Shown here: positions 1 to 14,834 of the stretch, one piece after another
Layout of the letters: each line of letters opens with the position of its first letter
Position numbering within the stretch: position 1 is the first letter of the stretch
Origin: Phoronis australis
Lineage: Eukaryota > Animalia > Phoronida
Assembly (NCBI GenBank): GCA_002633005.1
Contig: NMRA01000068.1
Coordinates: 761,092 to 825,091 of the forward strand
Length of the DNA stretch: 64,000 bases
Direction of reading: 5' to 3'
Notes under the pieces: generated by a model
The model's input: the letters and a program-made list of their open reading frames with translations, nothing else
Told to the model about the DNA's origin: nothing
Databases searched by the model: none
Made by a program: the position numbers and the translations under genes

Positions 1-3000
1 TCTCATTCTTTATTTCTGGAGAACTCAGAGTCATTTTACATCATTTCCCAACTTGAGAATGTCACTTGACATTATTTGCTTAGATTTAGCATGACATAAA
101 AATATTTTTCCTCAAGAAATCCACATTCTGAGTCTACATCAATGAGTTAAATGTTGTGTACTCCTTAGACCAAGAGTTAGCCCCAAATACCCGTCTCATG
201 CCCTAATATTACAACCCTATTTTAGAACTACTGACTAAAGTTTTCCCATTACAGGGCCATGAATGACACTGAACTACAAAAACCACATTCACGGATGGTA
301 GATGCTAGTGCCACCTATTGTTGGCAGCTGTCACCAACCATTTACCATTCAGTTGCAATTCAATGCTTAGTGGACAAAAAGTACAACCATGTTCTGTAAC
401 AAAGGAAATTCAAAGACTAGGGAACTTTCCTGTGAATTTTCTCAAGCTGACTTGAATGTTCACTTGAACTTTGCCATTAATTTGACAAAGCATCAATATG
501 CCCACAAAAAATTCAGGTGGAGTTGAGCACAGAACATTCCCCTGCATGCATGCGTAAAAATCACAAAACTCATTAAGAAAATACTTCGGTCAAAATGCAC
601 AGTGGCAACATTATGCACTATGGCACTTAGTTAGGGCAATTTTTAAAAAGTTTGGTCGAGATCTTTTGAGTAGTGCACAGGAGGACACAGACTATGCTCC
701 AACATGCAACATTACAACATTATGTACGTAGCCCTAGTTTGATTTATCCGTCACTTCAGAATGATATACATGTGAAAAAATCCAATTTTTCATGCTCACT
801 TTTTTCTGAATCTCTTGTTTAGTGACTCTTCACCTGCTTCAACATTTTCGTTCCGTTGACAAATATGTTATAGTGCAAAACAAATTCTCTTATGGTGCAA
901 CTTGCTAACATCTGTGTTGATCCTGTGATTAGACTATTGATCAATTCCCTGAGAGAAATCTGATAGACACTTGACACCAACTAGGCAAGGCCACAAGATT
1001 TCAGGCATTACAGGCTGATGACTTAAGTAAACACTGGCCTATAGTAAGCATCCCTTTCCCATGGTTACCATGGAAACAGTAGGAGACATAAGTCCCAATA
1101 CAAACAATACTGAGCCAAAACACAACAGCATCAATGAAATGCACAGGACTTGGAATGACCAATGACAAAAAAGAGCAAAATTTTCCAGGAGATGTATCAT
1201 TCCACAAATAAATTGGCTTGTATGATAACGATATTTTTTTGAGTTGTAAAATTTCTGAAATACACATTTTTGCATGAATAAAGTCAAAATAATGACAAAA
1301 ATAAGCGAAAACGGAGGAAACTGGGTATCAAATAAGAAATCGTTACCAAAAAAGAGGAAATCCCATAAAAGAGGAAAATTCCAAGTACTGAATACAGATG
1401 ACTCTGATGTGATATTTGGTAGTGTAGTCCTGATTTTAGCAGCACTATGTCAAACTGCCATTCACTGCTAGCAGTTTTCAGTTGATTTCATACATTTTAA
1501 GACATATAACGATAGAATATGAAGACCTGTGTTACTTGGGTCAGAACTCAATATGAGAAATAGATATTGGAATTCCACTTGTCAGTCAATTAGAAACTTG
1601 TGTTTGCCCACTTGAGCACATGCTGAAAGAATCCATGCATCATCAGATTTGGCAAACACCAGCTCATCAACTGTGACCTCAGATTGACTGGCTGCACTCA
1701 AATTTTAGTTGGTCAACTAGTCAAACCTCAAGTTTCAAGATTTTACAGCACTTTTTGTGTTTTGCAATACACTTTCCCCGTAAAATAATATTTTAGACTC
1801 TTGGTGAAATAAGGTTACATGGATCGACGAGCAATGAAACAACGATGTGTATCTAATCGGAATCATGAAAGTCTTATTTATTATAACTGGACAATTATAG
1901 CTTCAATTATTTTCCATGATGTCACACAAAACTCAATGAGAAATCATTATTTGGAATATGATAATGACCTTGCTAACAGTGGAGCAAAGGTCGGGTGATC
2001 CAACTTGTCAACACAGAATTCTACACTACTGAAAAATATCAAATTCTCTCAAAACCAATAAGCCGACATCCCCCTCTGTGGGTAGCTGGATAAAAAGGCT
2101 ACCGCAATTGAGAGATTGAAACAATGCTATTTTTGGAACTCAATAACATCAATTAATAATTGAATAACATAAATAATCAGCACGGGAGCACTGGTTGGTC
2201 CAATTACATAAGCATGGTTACATACACCAACTTCCCAACTTCCCAACTTGCAAAAAGGTAAGTAACCAAAGTCATTTTAAAGCTGAGCTTACCAACCAGT
2301 CCCACTTAAAAGACTCGATTTTCATAGGCAAATTCATATGATTCGTCAGCTTCATTATCTTTGCATTTCCAACATACAATAGCTCATTAAGACTTGATTA
2401 AGAATATTTCGTCATGTTTGTCGAGAGAATGTTTTAGTTAATACAGCATTGTTAAACATATCCTGCTTTGTACACATGAAGATTGGCCCAAAGTTCAACA
2501 TGTAAAGCAGTACATTGTTGTGCAAACCACACTAACAAGCAATACACAACATGTTCTATTTTGGGAAGTATAGTACTCTATACATATTATATCACTGAGT
2601 AAATGAGATTTTCTTAATTACAGCTTATAAAATATATACAGACATGGGTTTATCTACAGGCTTTCATTGAAATACTCAGGTCTGATTTCAATGAAAGCAT
2701 CGTGAACTAATAAAAATAAAAATTGAATGACAACGTGATTCAACTGTGACGACTGGTAAAATTATGAAATGGTAGCCAGAGCTCGCAATTTCAATTTCTT
2801 AAATTTACACCCATGTCCTTATATTAACCATAAACGAAAAATGGATAACCGCTCTCATCTGGTCTAGATTTTGTCATGAAGTGAATGATATATTTTTTTA
2901 AGAGGTGTGTTGATTCTGATAGTGTTGTAGTATTACTGGTATTATTGTATGTTTCCGGTATGTTTAAGTGTTAACTTGTTTTAGATTTCAGCTGAGTGAC

Positions 3001-6000
3001 TAATTCAATGACCTTTTGAGTCATCCATGTTTTGATCCTCTATAGTTAACAGGATTGGTCATTCACAGAATAGTTGCCAGAGGCAGATGACCACCTTAAC
3101 CCAGCACTAAGAGTGGGAGATAACTGTAAAACAATCTAAGCCATGGCTACGAAACAAACATACAGGTAGACAATATTTTTTCATGAGAAATGTCAAACAA
3201 ATAACTTGTTCCAGGTCACAACGCTAGCCTAGTAGCCTTTCAAACAGCAGTGAAGGATTTAGACAATCCTACATGAGTCCACATTTATGACATGGGCAAA
3301 ACCTCTTGGACATTTCGTCAAAATCCTGAGACTAACAATTGTAAATTGCATTCAGCTTTCGTAACAAATGTTAAAAATCCAATGAATAGTATTTGAAGTT
3401 GTAATATTAAAACTTAAATGTTTGGAAATAACAGTGAGCAGGACTTCCCAGCACATGAGCACTGAAACTGACCTTGAAAAACCACAGCTAGAAAGTTTCG
3501 CCGCGTTTCTCGAGTTGGGGTTTGTCTCTGATTCAATGAACGTGGATACGTATGTAATTCGCCATTGAAGATGGGTATCTTTAAGAAGCTGTTTGCATGT
3601 CCTTCCAGTTGGGAGTATGTACACCTCATTTGTCAATCATAACCTTGTCACCTTCGCGGAATTCCGGCATTGTTTGGTTGATGTACCTTCGATTGTTGGT
3701 AATAGTATTTTGCAGACGAAAATCTATGGATTTCTACTTTGCACTACTTTGTAATTCAACCATGTAATATGAAAAAACCAGTCGTGTCGTAAGACATTCC
3801 ATGTCTGTTTCATGAAAAGTAACTTAAGACTTCCCAGAAATTTGGTCTTACGCTCAACGCAACTAATTCTAAAAAAATACTTAAATCTCCACATCTCACT
3901 AGAGAAAAAGTACAGTCTCTGGGAATATATACACGTAACAGCAAGTTACTGAGACAATTTCATTCTAGACTGTGACGTGTTTATAATTACTTGGGACATG
4001 GAACTTAGTTTAAAGTCACTTTTCATAAAACGGACACACATTAGCTTCCTCAATCTCAACTCAGTTATAACAAAAGACTGTCAGCCTACACAAGAAAACG
4101 ACCCTAACCCCACTCCATTCAATTACACAGAGAATCCACAGAGAATATCAGGAAGACTTGGACAATTTTCAAAATATTTTCATATTTGATTTTAAGTAAA
4201 CAAGAATCTTGCTCGAGCAAATCTTGCCAATTTAGGACAGGATGTGGCAGAAAAGTGAAACATTGCTTTCTCAGTTAGAAGGTGTTGAAAATAACAAATG
4301 AAAAAATGTAAGTTTATTTTAGTCCAAAATTGGTGAAACTTTACCCTATGTGATTAAAGAAGGTGTTTGAACGTAAAGTTGCCCTTGTCAAATTAAATAC
4401 CATCAAAAATAGTAGACTGTTATTCCAGGCAGAAACTATAACAAGCATTCAACACCTGCTGTGCACCACAGAAGCAAGTCAAGTTGTGAGTCAGACATTA
4501 GTAATTCACTTCAGAGACTATGGTAACTTCAATTATCAGTTGACAAGACACCACCAAAGATGATTCATAGCATGTCACTAATTGCATGAACTGGATTTCT
4601 TCCTCAATGTGAAAATCAATGTCAGGCATATTATCTTCAGGAGAAACACACCTATTAAATTTGACAAAATTTCACTTCGACCCTTCCCTGAACATTGTAG
4701 ATATTTAGATAGGTGCAAAAATGAAATGCTCTCTTGAGAGCAACAGTAGGCCAATCTGAACAGCTGATGTTGATAATGATAATGATGAGTATAATAAAGA
4801 TGATGATTATGATGACAAACATGATTAAGTGATGCATAGCCTTGAAGAGTGGCATGTGGTGAAATTGAATGACGATGATAATGATGTCAATCGTAATTGT
4901 GATGCAGATCCAGGTGAGATTTGTTCAAATGCCAAGTTTGGGAAAGAGCCACCAAAGGGTGCCTAAGCTGGGCTCTGAAAGAGAAAAAATGTTCGCAACA
5001 GCACCATGATGCGTATGATCTTAGTGAAAAATGGGCCTCAAGCTAATGGATAAACTTTATATCTATCGGTAAAAAATTGTCAGCATAAACGGGGTGAACC
5101 AACAAGAAAGAAAGGAATGAAAAGCTGTCACAAAATTTCCAAGAACTTGAGAATGAGACTTCCATTGAGCCACAAAACACTTGAGCCACAAAACACTGCT
5201 ATTCACAAAAACCCGATGTAACCTCGTTTTTAATCTTATCATGGATACAACTATGTGAAGTCATGCCACTGACTGTGAAACAGGGGTTTATCCAGAATTC
5301 CATAACGGGGAGTCCAAATTTTCCAAAAAAAACAATTAACCAAACACAGGAGATCCCGCGAGCGTTGGCGTTGCAGTGTAATAACATAGTACAGTGAAGA
5401 GGGAATAAAAGTGTCATTGATAAAACAAAGACCATTTGTTTATTCAGTGACTAAAGGAAGTCTATACAGACTGAAAAACAATGAGTAAAGATCCCTTCTG
5501 GAATCCCAGTACTGTATCAAGTCCATGAGATATGGAAGAAACGGGTGTACACTTAGCACAACAAGGTACGGTTCTTTGGTTCCAAAAGGGACATTTACTC
5601 AATAGTTTCCCTTACTTAAATAGAACCCTGTAATATACATAGTCTTATCTACACAGACTGTTTGAAACAGTCTCCAGAAACATGCTATGTTCTTACTAGA
5701 GACTCCAATACCAACTAAGCCCAAAAACTCTAACACAGAGGTAAAGTTTTCAGCAGCAATGTCCTGTCTTCCATGAAGCAGAAAGTCCCAATAAAGTGTC
5801 TTGGTAAAGCGAGTCGCATTTTTATCAAAAATGGTCTTGACAGTCGAACATATGTAATGTTTTCACTCTATCTTATGTTTTGCACACCATTCACAATCAA
5901 TACTCTCATAATGATTGTCTGCATTCAACGTCAAAAAGTCGGTGCATCCAAAACTCTACATGACCAGAATTCTTGCAAAAATAGCACAACACACAAGTCC

Positions 6001-6130
6001 ATGGTTTCGTCCAGCATCTTGAATATCTAATTAGGTAGAGTAAACAAACCGATTCATACAAAGAAAAAGTTACACTAAAGTTTCCCTTCCAGAAACCAAT
6101 TAGCTTTTCATTACCTGCAGATGAATAGTT

Positions 6131-8031
6131 TCATACTCGCCTGGATTGATGCCTCTGCTCGGCTTAACGTCCACCCCCCAAATATCCAAATTTTCTCTTT
6201 TAAGCATCCACGATTTTAAGGTCCCAGTGTTTAGTGAACATATCATGTCTCATCAGAATTTCAACTCCAAGAAGTACGTAACTCGCCATTGATGAAATGA
6301 TCATCACCTTTTTATATTCATAAGTGTTTTTCTTTAAAGTCAAATATCTCATAAAATGCCCCATCGGTGAAAAGACAGTCAACACAGCAAGCACAGTGCA
6401 TGAAAAGTCACACGTTACAGTGATGGCTATGGCTGATGTAACAATGGAGTTAGACTACTAAAGTGCATCCCAACGGGAGTACTGGTGCGAATGACTTCAA
6501 ACACTTGGGCATAAACCTCAAGGGGTTAAGGAAAAGCTGCACGAATACCGCCTTGACTTGTGATACCTGATGGGTGTACATCAAAAGTTTCAACCTTGCG
6601 ACATGAGCTGGAACCAACTGTTCAAAGACCACTACAGAGAACTTTATGACGAGTGGTTATTAAATGGCCCAGTCAGCCGTACCAAGGCAGGGAAAAGTCG
6701 TACACCGGAGAAAATGCTGCTGTAATGTGGATAAAGCAAGCCTGGGCAGCAGCGTGCCCCGAAATTCGAAAATCTGTTTCGGTTACAGGGATAGCAAACA
6801 ATCTTGATGGGAACCAAGATGATATGCTATTCTGTGACAGTGACTCCAAAAAGGAAGATCTGTTTTGGGGAGTCCCCGCCCTGCTGTCACGCCTGCCGAA
6901 GAGGAGGCCAGCAACCAGCCCCGGGGAAAACATTTAGCAGGAAATAGACGAAGTAATCAAGTGGAGTGAGCCAGAACAAACCTAGTTTGACAGGGAGTAC
7001 TCCGACCCCAAATTTCACGGAAAATAACTGTCAGACTGTCACGCATTCAGTCACCCGGCGACTCAATGACATAAGTATATATTGGCCTTCTCACATGTTT
7101 TAACAGTAGATGAGACCAGCCCGGGTAATCGCCCATTGTTCGGGTAATTGCCCATCCCTAACTCACCGTCAACAGAGCTTGAGCTTGAACTCGTGCTTTT
7201 GTTCGCAGCTTCGCTTTGGGCTCAGACTTCCGAGTTTGCGGGAAACATGGCGTGCTTATACATACGTACGATAGTCTCGAAAAGTGACTTTTTAGCCAGC
7301 ATTTGTGGAATAACTGCAACTACCTTTTCTTAAACTTATCAACTGAACTTTTGTTAGATTAATGTAGGCCTACTCCATAGATTTTTATAGAAATGTTGCT
7401 TTTCCACGAGATAAGTCATAGTTCAGGAATAATCTTAATCGGACTGTGAAGTCATTCGCGCATACAACTTGCACGCATGGAGCACACGATTTTGTAAGAT
7501 TTATCTCTCGGGTAAACCCAGATTTGAATTGAGCACTTAACCACACATCCCTCGTTGCAATTTCAAAGTTTAGGTCGGACCGGAAACGAATCGTCTGTGT
7601 TTTTAATCAAGGAAACGAAATGTACTCATGTTCACTAATCTGAAACAGTACTTGTAAGTGAATTGCCATTCGAGTTTCATAAAGTTCCGCGGTATGATAT
7701 TTTTAGTGCGCTAATATATCTGAAAACATCCAAGTTTTTAGCAATGGTCTTGCGAAATCACCCTTTCAAAATCAAAACCCTGGTTCTGTTAGAGCGTTAA
7801 GAAACTTTGTGGTTGTTGCATTCCGCTGATTGATCTAACCTACAAACTCCATGCTAAAATAAACACCACCAGAGCGTGCCCAGTTCGGACATAAGCGGCC
7901 ACTGCTTGATAATTGCCCACCCCCGACTTTTGCCAAATTTCTTAAGCACCCACTGCTCAGGTAATCGTCCACCTCATCTCAGGGTTTTCCTAATTTAAGC
8001 TCCCAGAGCGTTAACCTGTCACTTTATAGTA
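6131..8031 (+). mobile_element. Decayed pogo-family (Tc1/mariner superfamily, DDE_1) DNA transposon
   Basis: Frameshifted transposase relic ~6490-7027: VIPDGCTSK/FQPCDMSWNQLFKDHYRELYDEWL ... WIKQAWAAACPEIRKSVSVTGIANNLDGNQDDMLF, then acidic tail ending SDPKFHGK*. Subterminal taatcgcccac-type repeats at 7125-7155 and 7910-7975. Boundaries are approximate because the TIRs are degenerate. Confidence 0.8.
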
Positions 8032-8499
8032 TATGTGCACAAAAATTTTTTCATGCCTTCTTACTTGTTAACAGAAATCATTTACAATGAAACAAAGAGA
8101 ATGCCAAATTCACAATGTTAATGGTTGCACCTACTTTGAAGCACCCTGTACTACTAATAGTTATCTAAGCACAGAAGCCATTAGGCACATTCCACTGACT
8201 CTGAACCAGTGAAACCTGCATAAGGACATCCCTGACCATCTTAATTTTAGTACAGATAACCTTGTTAAGTGGTCAATATCAGTCAGTATAAATGATACAC
8301 CTGAGATAACTGCCTCAGCAGGAGGTGACATTCATCAAGTGAATAAACAAGAAAAATGATGCCAGTGATGCATGGCAAAATTAAAGATGATGATAATGAA
8401 TGTTTACAAGACATGATATCTCCTATAGCACGAGGACGAGGACGACGAGAGACGTTGAACAGTACAAACTTAGATAAATCCAGGTGTAAACTCCCTCCT

Positions 8500-11170
8500 A
8501 CTGTTTGCAGTTCGAATTTTGGGAATGATGCTGTGCAAATTTCACAAGAGCAAACTCTTGTGCTTCATTTTGGTCATAGATTCAATAACTACGGTAGTTT
8601 GACATAAAATAAAGCCTTGAAATACTTCGACTTTGTGTGATTTCCATTATCAGACGATTCGACTTCGCACCCTTGGTAATGAATATGTGAAAGGTATGGA
8701 AAAAATAAGTCAGCCACAAAATGTCATGTGAGCCCGATATCCTAGTCATTTGGCTTCGAAGGTAAAAAAAGCCAGGATTTGGCTCTTAAAAATGTTTCTT
8801 TTAAAAAATGCGTAGTAGCGTGGAATGAGAAACTGTGTCTGACTTCTTGAAAAGTGTCAACTTCAATAATGCAGTTATATTTAACAAAATGCAGAAGACG
8901 CAAATTATGAGAGCGTACTTGAGAAGAAATGGGTGCTTAATCTGAAAATTTTCAATATCGGGGGGGGGAGGGGGGGAGTGCTTAAAGTGGAATTTACAGA
9001 CTAATTACTTATCTCTGTGACTGCTTGGCCAAAATAGTCAGAACACACAAAAACACAACATTTAGCCCCAATGTGAATATGAAGTTGCTTGCAAGTTGCT
9101 AAGGTTTTTAAACATGAGTTGTGAGGCGAAAATGATCCGCTGCAAATCACTGAACTGTCCAGTAAGTATCTGATGTGGTGCTGGGGAATAACACTGCATG
9201 GTACAGCCTGTGTGAACCCGTGAACCTGTGAGGTACGTCATTACTGCAAAGGCCACCCATTTGTAGAATTTTTTGTTTTCACATTTAAAAATAACCAGTG
9301 AATACAACTACACTTTGTTTAGCGTAAATGATGTTCAAAGAGCATTGTTGTTTAGTTCCTGCTACACGTAAGTATTAGTTAGAAGCATGTAAATACATCT
9401 TTAAGCAACCGCGGACATTAAAACAAATGATTACAGTACTATTGACATAATGAGTCATATGTACGCAAATTTCAAGACAATTGATAAAAAATAAGGTATG
9501 TGTTGTGTCATGCAAATGATAGGAAAGGTCTAACACCCTTGTTGTTCTTGAACCCTGAGACAACTACTGCCACCCCGGTGCCAATATACCAGTATCACAG
9601 TGAAAAATGGATTATATGTTTCTTGAAGCTCTAGATTACCAGTAAAATCTATTCACATCAGTTTCAGAAATATCTTGCACAAGATTTTCCCAAGTAATGA
9701 ATGGATGCAACACCAGGGTCCACAGAGCAACGCAAGATGGTCGATATTGTCAATACAGCCCTAAGGGGAGCCAGTAACGGTAACAGGAAAATGAAACTGT
9801 TATGGAGATGGTAGGTAAGATGCCACAATTCCCTGCTAGTCCAACTTCACCTGAGAATAAGAAGGGCCCTAGCACTCACCTGAGTGGAAAGGTGTCTGTG
9901 CCTTTGGCCGAGGTGAACCCCCCCCCCAAATTACCACCTGTCAACAGCAGTATTTCAAATATGGTAACCAAAACTACAGCTTTGCAAAACTAATTCTAAC
10001 CTTTGGGGTGAACTTCCTTATCACTGGAAGGGAATTTTTAGAGTCTGATGAGATAAATTTTATGTGTGTCAAGCACTGATAACACTGAGATCATGAACAG
10101 AAAATTATTTTCCTCATTAATAGGTCAAGAAATACTTCTACCAGCTAGTAAGTTCCCACCAGTGTTCCTGGTTATCCGTAAATACCGGTACTTTACAGGG
10201 AATTTTTTGTAAGTCGGACCGCAATATTGAATTTTGTATTTCCGCCGGCCCTTGAGACGGGCAAAATACTTGAGCAATATACACGGATCGAAACTAATCA
10301 ATGGACGAGTCAATTAAACATTGCAAATTTTGGACATTTGTTTCCCCTAAAACGATTGAGCACTGAACCATAGTTGCCCTGGAGACCCACGACCTTTGAA
10401 AGTGAAGTACACTGACCAGAGAGTTCAAAGGATTTGCCCTAACAGTAAGACTGGTTGCCAAAGCGAGAGTTAAATCAGCACTCTCTAACAGGCACATGTA
10501 CCCGAGTAGCCTGAGTAGGCAATTTGAAATAGGAAACACACGATAAAAAAATGCCATATTCTAGGACTGACCAGCTGTACTAATGTCACCAAGCAAACTA
10601 AATGAACCTAAGCACAAATTCGCTCCACTTGTTCATGCTGATCAAATTTTTGGAACTTCAAAGATAAAAAACTTCTTGTAAAAAATTCCGCAAGGCATTG
10701 CAAGCCCAGGCCGAATGACGTATTGATTGGTGAGAATGATCCAGTGCAAATTTCACAAGAAAATGTCTTGCGTCTAATGTTGGTTACATATTCCAATACC
10801 TATTTTTGCATGAACTAAAAAGTGTCGAAATGCTTCAACTTTGTATTGGGTGGTCTGAGTTTGCTCCTTTGGCACTTTTGGAAAAATAGATCAGCCACAA
10901 TCACGAGATCCTGGCGTTTACTTGCTTGGCACTGAATGACATGCCGTATATGGAAAAAAATAGGTCAGCCACAAATATGTCACGTGTAGAGCTTCAGCTT
11001 CCGATGTGAAGAAGGCCGGGATTTGGCTCTTAAAACTGCGAGAAAAGAATGATTGTTTTGAAGAATAATTTTGTTGCATAGCATTGAGAGGTTGTGGTGG
11101 ACTTTAGACCTGGTAAGTGTAAATTTCAAGAACGTTGCCATTTTTAATGCACTGCAGAAAACGCTAACAA
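8500..11170 (+). repeat. Two diverged direct copies (~8500-8900 and ~10730-11170) of an unclassified interspersed repeat
   Basis: Shared blocks gtgcaaatttcacaaga, gaaat(a/g)cttc(g/a)actttgt, tatggaaaaaa(a)ta(a/g)gtcagccacaaa and gatttggctcttaaaa occur in the same order. Confidence 0.65.
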
Positions 11171-11674
11171 TATGATGGCCCCAGCGACCACTGTCACTGG
11201 TGACGACCATATCTTTCGTATACTCGATATCTCGATATTGTGAATAAAATGCTCGATAAAATAGTGGCAGGAACTACACTTTGATATGTACACTCTGACA
11301 TTGGTCATACGTCATCCAAGAAAGTAAATTACACAGAATTAAATGACGGCGATTTTCTTCCAGGACCAGAATTTAATCAACTAGTCGGTTCTCTGGACTG
11401 ACGTTTCAAAAACCCAGCTGAACCACTGTAACACTTGTACCCTCTAGGATACCTGGGCTCAACCATTAGCCACCAGACAACTCACATCTTATGCTTATTT
11501 CAAAACTTATTTAGTGACTTCCATACATCATACATATATCAAAAATCAAGGTATTTCAACGGATAAAAACATATATTTTCTTAAAGAAAAGAGACCAGAG
11601 ATTATAAAAACATGTTTTATATCTATGTGCTATTGCCATTATTACCACACCATGTTTTTTAAGTCAAAATTTCA

Positions 11675-12270
11675 CGTCGAGGAAAGTACACCTGACGCCA
11701 TGACAAGATTCTAAAGTGTATTGCGCATGTTTTAGATCTAGAGAGGAGGAAGGTGACTAACACTGGCAAGGCATTCATTCAATTCTACAAAGGCGGAAGA
11801 TTCACTAAGAAGAGTGATTCCAGTGTTCTAAGCAAGGCTGCCGACTGGAAGACTGTAGTGGATGTGTATTCCCAAGTCATATAGCAGTTACTCAGTTGAA
11901 ACCAGACATAATTCTGTGGTCAGACAGCAAGAAGATAGTGATTTTGATAGAGTTAACTGTGCCCTGAGAGACTAGAGAGCAGGAGGCTCACGAGAGGAAA
12001 CTGCTCAAGTACAAAGAGCTATCGCAGGAGCGGGTAGCGAATGGTTGGAAGTGCTTTTGTCTTTCCCACGAAGCTACTGGGTATTTCGTCAAGAGGGTAA
12101 GCTGATATGTTTAAGTCTACAATAAGAGCAGCGGAAGAGGCAACCATGTGGTTACAACGTCACAAATAGCAACCCTGGCGTCGGCTGGATGTCTCATCAG
12201 CCTCAAGAGAGGGTTCTAAGACAAGGTTGAAACCTATGATGAATATGGACTCCTAGCTGACGATGATGCT
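11675..12270 (+). mobile_element. 3' fragment of an RLE-type non-LTR retrotransposon (HERO/NeSL-like)
   Basis: Relic peptides GKYT*RHDKILKCIAHVLD and VFPSHIAVTQLKPDIILWSDSKKIVILIELTVP*ETREQEAHERKLLKYKEL...NGWKC show the RHD, PD and ELTVPWE...ERK..KY restriction-like endonuclease motifs, with in-frame stops. Confidence 0.85.
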
Positions 12271-14442
12271 TGGTAGCAGATACCATCATGTTTACAAGTA
12301 AGGTAAGTCAAAAATTCATTTTTAAGAAAGGTACAATAATAACAAAATAACCCCTCGGTTGAATTTAATCAAACACTTTTTAAATGAAAAGTTCACAATT
12401 AACCTCAAAAACACTGTTAGTAACTTTCAATTACTCGTTTAATTTTGTTGCTATGCCAAATTAACTCACAGAACCTGAGGTTTGTAAGAAATAGCAGTCG
12501 TAATCATCCATCTTATGGTGCGCTGCAACTATTCATTAAAACGAAAATCCTAAAAGGCTTTTTGCAATTGTTGAACAAATATCAAAATTGCAAAGTTTCA
12601 GTGAAATTCACCCAGCCGTTTTTGAGAACTTGTGTTCCTAAGTTCAAACTAAGTCGATTTGTCGAAACCGGGAAAAATCTCCCAACGATACGAGTCGTCT
12701 AAATCTCAAGGTTTTCCATTAATAATTCGGTGAAAACTTGTTTTTGGTCAACATAACCTATACATCCTATTACCTTGTTAGCTATTTCAACATCCACTCC
12801 TAATATCAAATGAATTTGCAGTGGGTAATTAATTCAATAATCACTAATTTTGTAAGTCAGGTAGGTTACAATGCCTCAAGTGAAACTAGGTCACAGGAAA
12901 AGTTTTAACTGTTGACCTATTAAAATAGGTCAACAGCACGTAGCACACAACACATGAAGCACCTGCCAGAGGAGACTGAAAGAAACCAGCTACGAAATAG
13001 AGAACAGAAATCGAGTATCTGTGGTTGAAGCGCGCCATGAGCACGAGATAAAAACAGCCACACATCAGATTACCTGTGAAATGTTTGAATTTGGGAGAGG
13101 ATCTATCTTTTTTCACAACTTGCTATGTTTGTGATGCCAGACACCATGCAGCAACTTGGTACATTTGTCATAATATCAAGTCATATGTCCGCAGACGTGC
13201 AACTCACTCAAGATCAAAACTATGCTTGTGTTTGTTTTCCGCAACACCTTTCTATGCTATGTTCACCTCCTTATGGTGACACAGTGAATGAAAGGACTGT
13301 CATTTGTGGTAAAAGCACATGTCAAGCGAGAGATTCAATCTGAGTGACAGATATGTAATCTTTGACCTTAAATAAGCAGTAAAGAAATTTCTATGTAGTT
13401 CAAGGTGATTCTGCTAAATCTTTTTTCTCACTACACAGTATAGATTTCGTATTTGAAGTTCCTCCAGAATGAAGATAAGGTATTTTGCTAAACGAGTGTG
13501 AAATATTGTAAAACCGGCCAATTTTTGTGAATAAGGTTTGTGACGACCTTAAGAAGTCAAATACACCAAAGTAATTACTGGCTAAGTAATTTGTTCGAAC
13601 TTTATAAGCTGTTCTGACAATCTTCCATATGGGAGAAGATAAAAACAATTGCTGCAAAATCAATGTTGCTACACAGAATGCAGTCAATTGCATTTTGTCT
13701 GGTGAAATCCAAATGGGTGAAATCCTTTGTTTTCCAGTACGTGAAAATGAAGTCAACATACAGAAATTTTGTATGATTACATCATTAGCCCGTTCTTAAG
13801 ACTAGAAAACATAATTGATACATGGAGCTGCATGTAAAAGCTCACAAAGTGTTTTTACCTCAGTAAAATATGTTAAATTTTTGCACACGGTGTAGTTTGG
13901 CCCATTCATGTCATTTGAAAAACCCAAGCACTGAATTTCCAGTGATCAATATTTCACACACAAATAGCTCACTAGAGATTATTCTAAAGAAACAAACATT
14001 GACAAAGGCAAGCTACCATCAATTATCACCAAGAGATCACATTAATGACACCCATAATCACAGAGAATGTATAGATTGTTGCAAAGGAACTGTACATAAT
14101 CTTTCTAATAACAAGTACAAAAAAACAGCAATAAAAAATCAAAGACAGGGGTTCATTAGTAGTAATCAATGTGACCGACTTGCTCCAATTGCTTGATATC
14201 CAAAAATTTACTGATGTACAAGTAACAGACATTTCATTCTCAAAACAACTCCAAAGATAATTATACTCAAATGATGACAAGAATAAGAATCAATCACCAC
14301 AATTTCTGCTAATTGCAAACAAAGAAGTATCATTAAGATTTTGATGTCGGGCACTATTTACAGCAAATCAAGAGGGAACATGAATAAAACAGCTGCACTA
14401 ATTCATATCAAGGATGAATACCGTAGCAGGTAAAAAGCTTAC

Positions 14443-14834
14443 CTTCAGCACATCCAACACAACATCGCGACCCACAGCTAAACCCTGGACGAAGGTTCGT
14501 GCAGCGATGAAAGCCCGCCTAACTTGACCAGAAAGCTTCTCTGGTACATCTCCGAATGGTTTCAGCTCTTCCATGTGTTTTGAGACACATGCCAGATAAT
14601 TATCATCAAACTTATACTGCTGATGGAGCAGTTCAAACATTCTCTGCATGAGTTTTTCAAAGAAGCTCTTCTGCGCATCCTCAAGATTTATGTCATGGCC
14701 GCTGTAATAGCGCTCCAAGTCACTGAAGAGGTCCATGAAGACTTGTGAGTTTTGCATGTAAAGCACACCATAAGCATCGTTGAACATAGTGTGAAGACCT
14801 TTCTTGGAGTTGATGAGAAGCTCAGTAAAAAATT
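14443..14834 (-). CDS. GPC6: Glypican coding exon 3 (392 nt)
   Basis: tatttcAG acceptor and GTAAGC donor. Encodes EFFTELL...YGVLYMQNSQVFMDLF...YLACVSKHMEELKPFGDVPEKLSGQVRRAFIAARTFVQGLAVGRDVV, a hallmark GPC4/6 sequence. Later exons were not found in 1-14400. Confidence 0.96.

Noticed and set aside
4655-4900. Poly-Ile 66-aa ORF
   Set aside because: Product of a degenerate (ATG/AAT)n microsatellite.
1-14400. Glypican exon 4 and later exons
   Set aside because: I scanned donor-like CTTAC/CTCAC sites on the minus strand and found no C..ALM.M.YC..C or PC..YC.NV..GC peptide; a missed exon cannot be fully excluded by eye.
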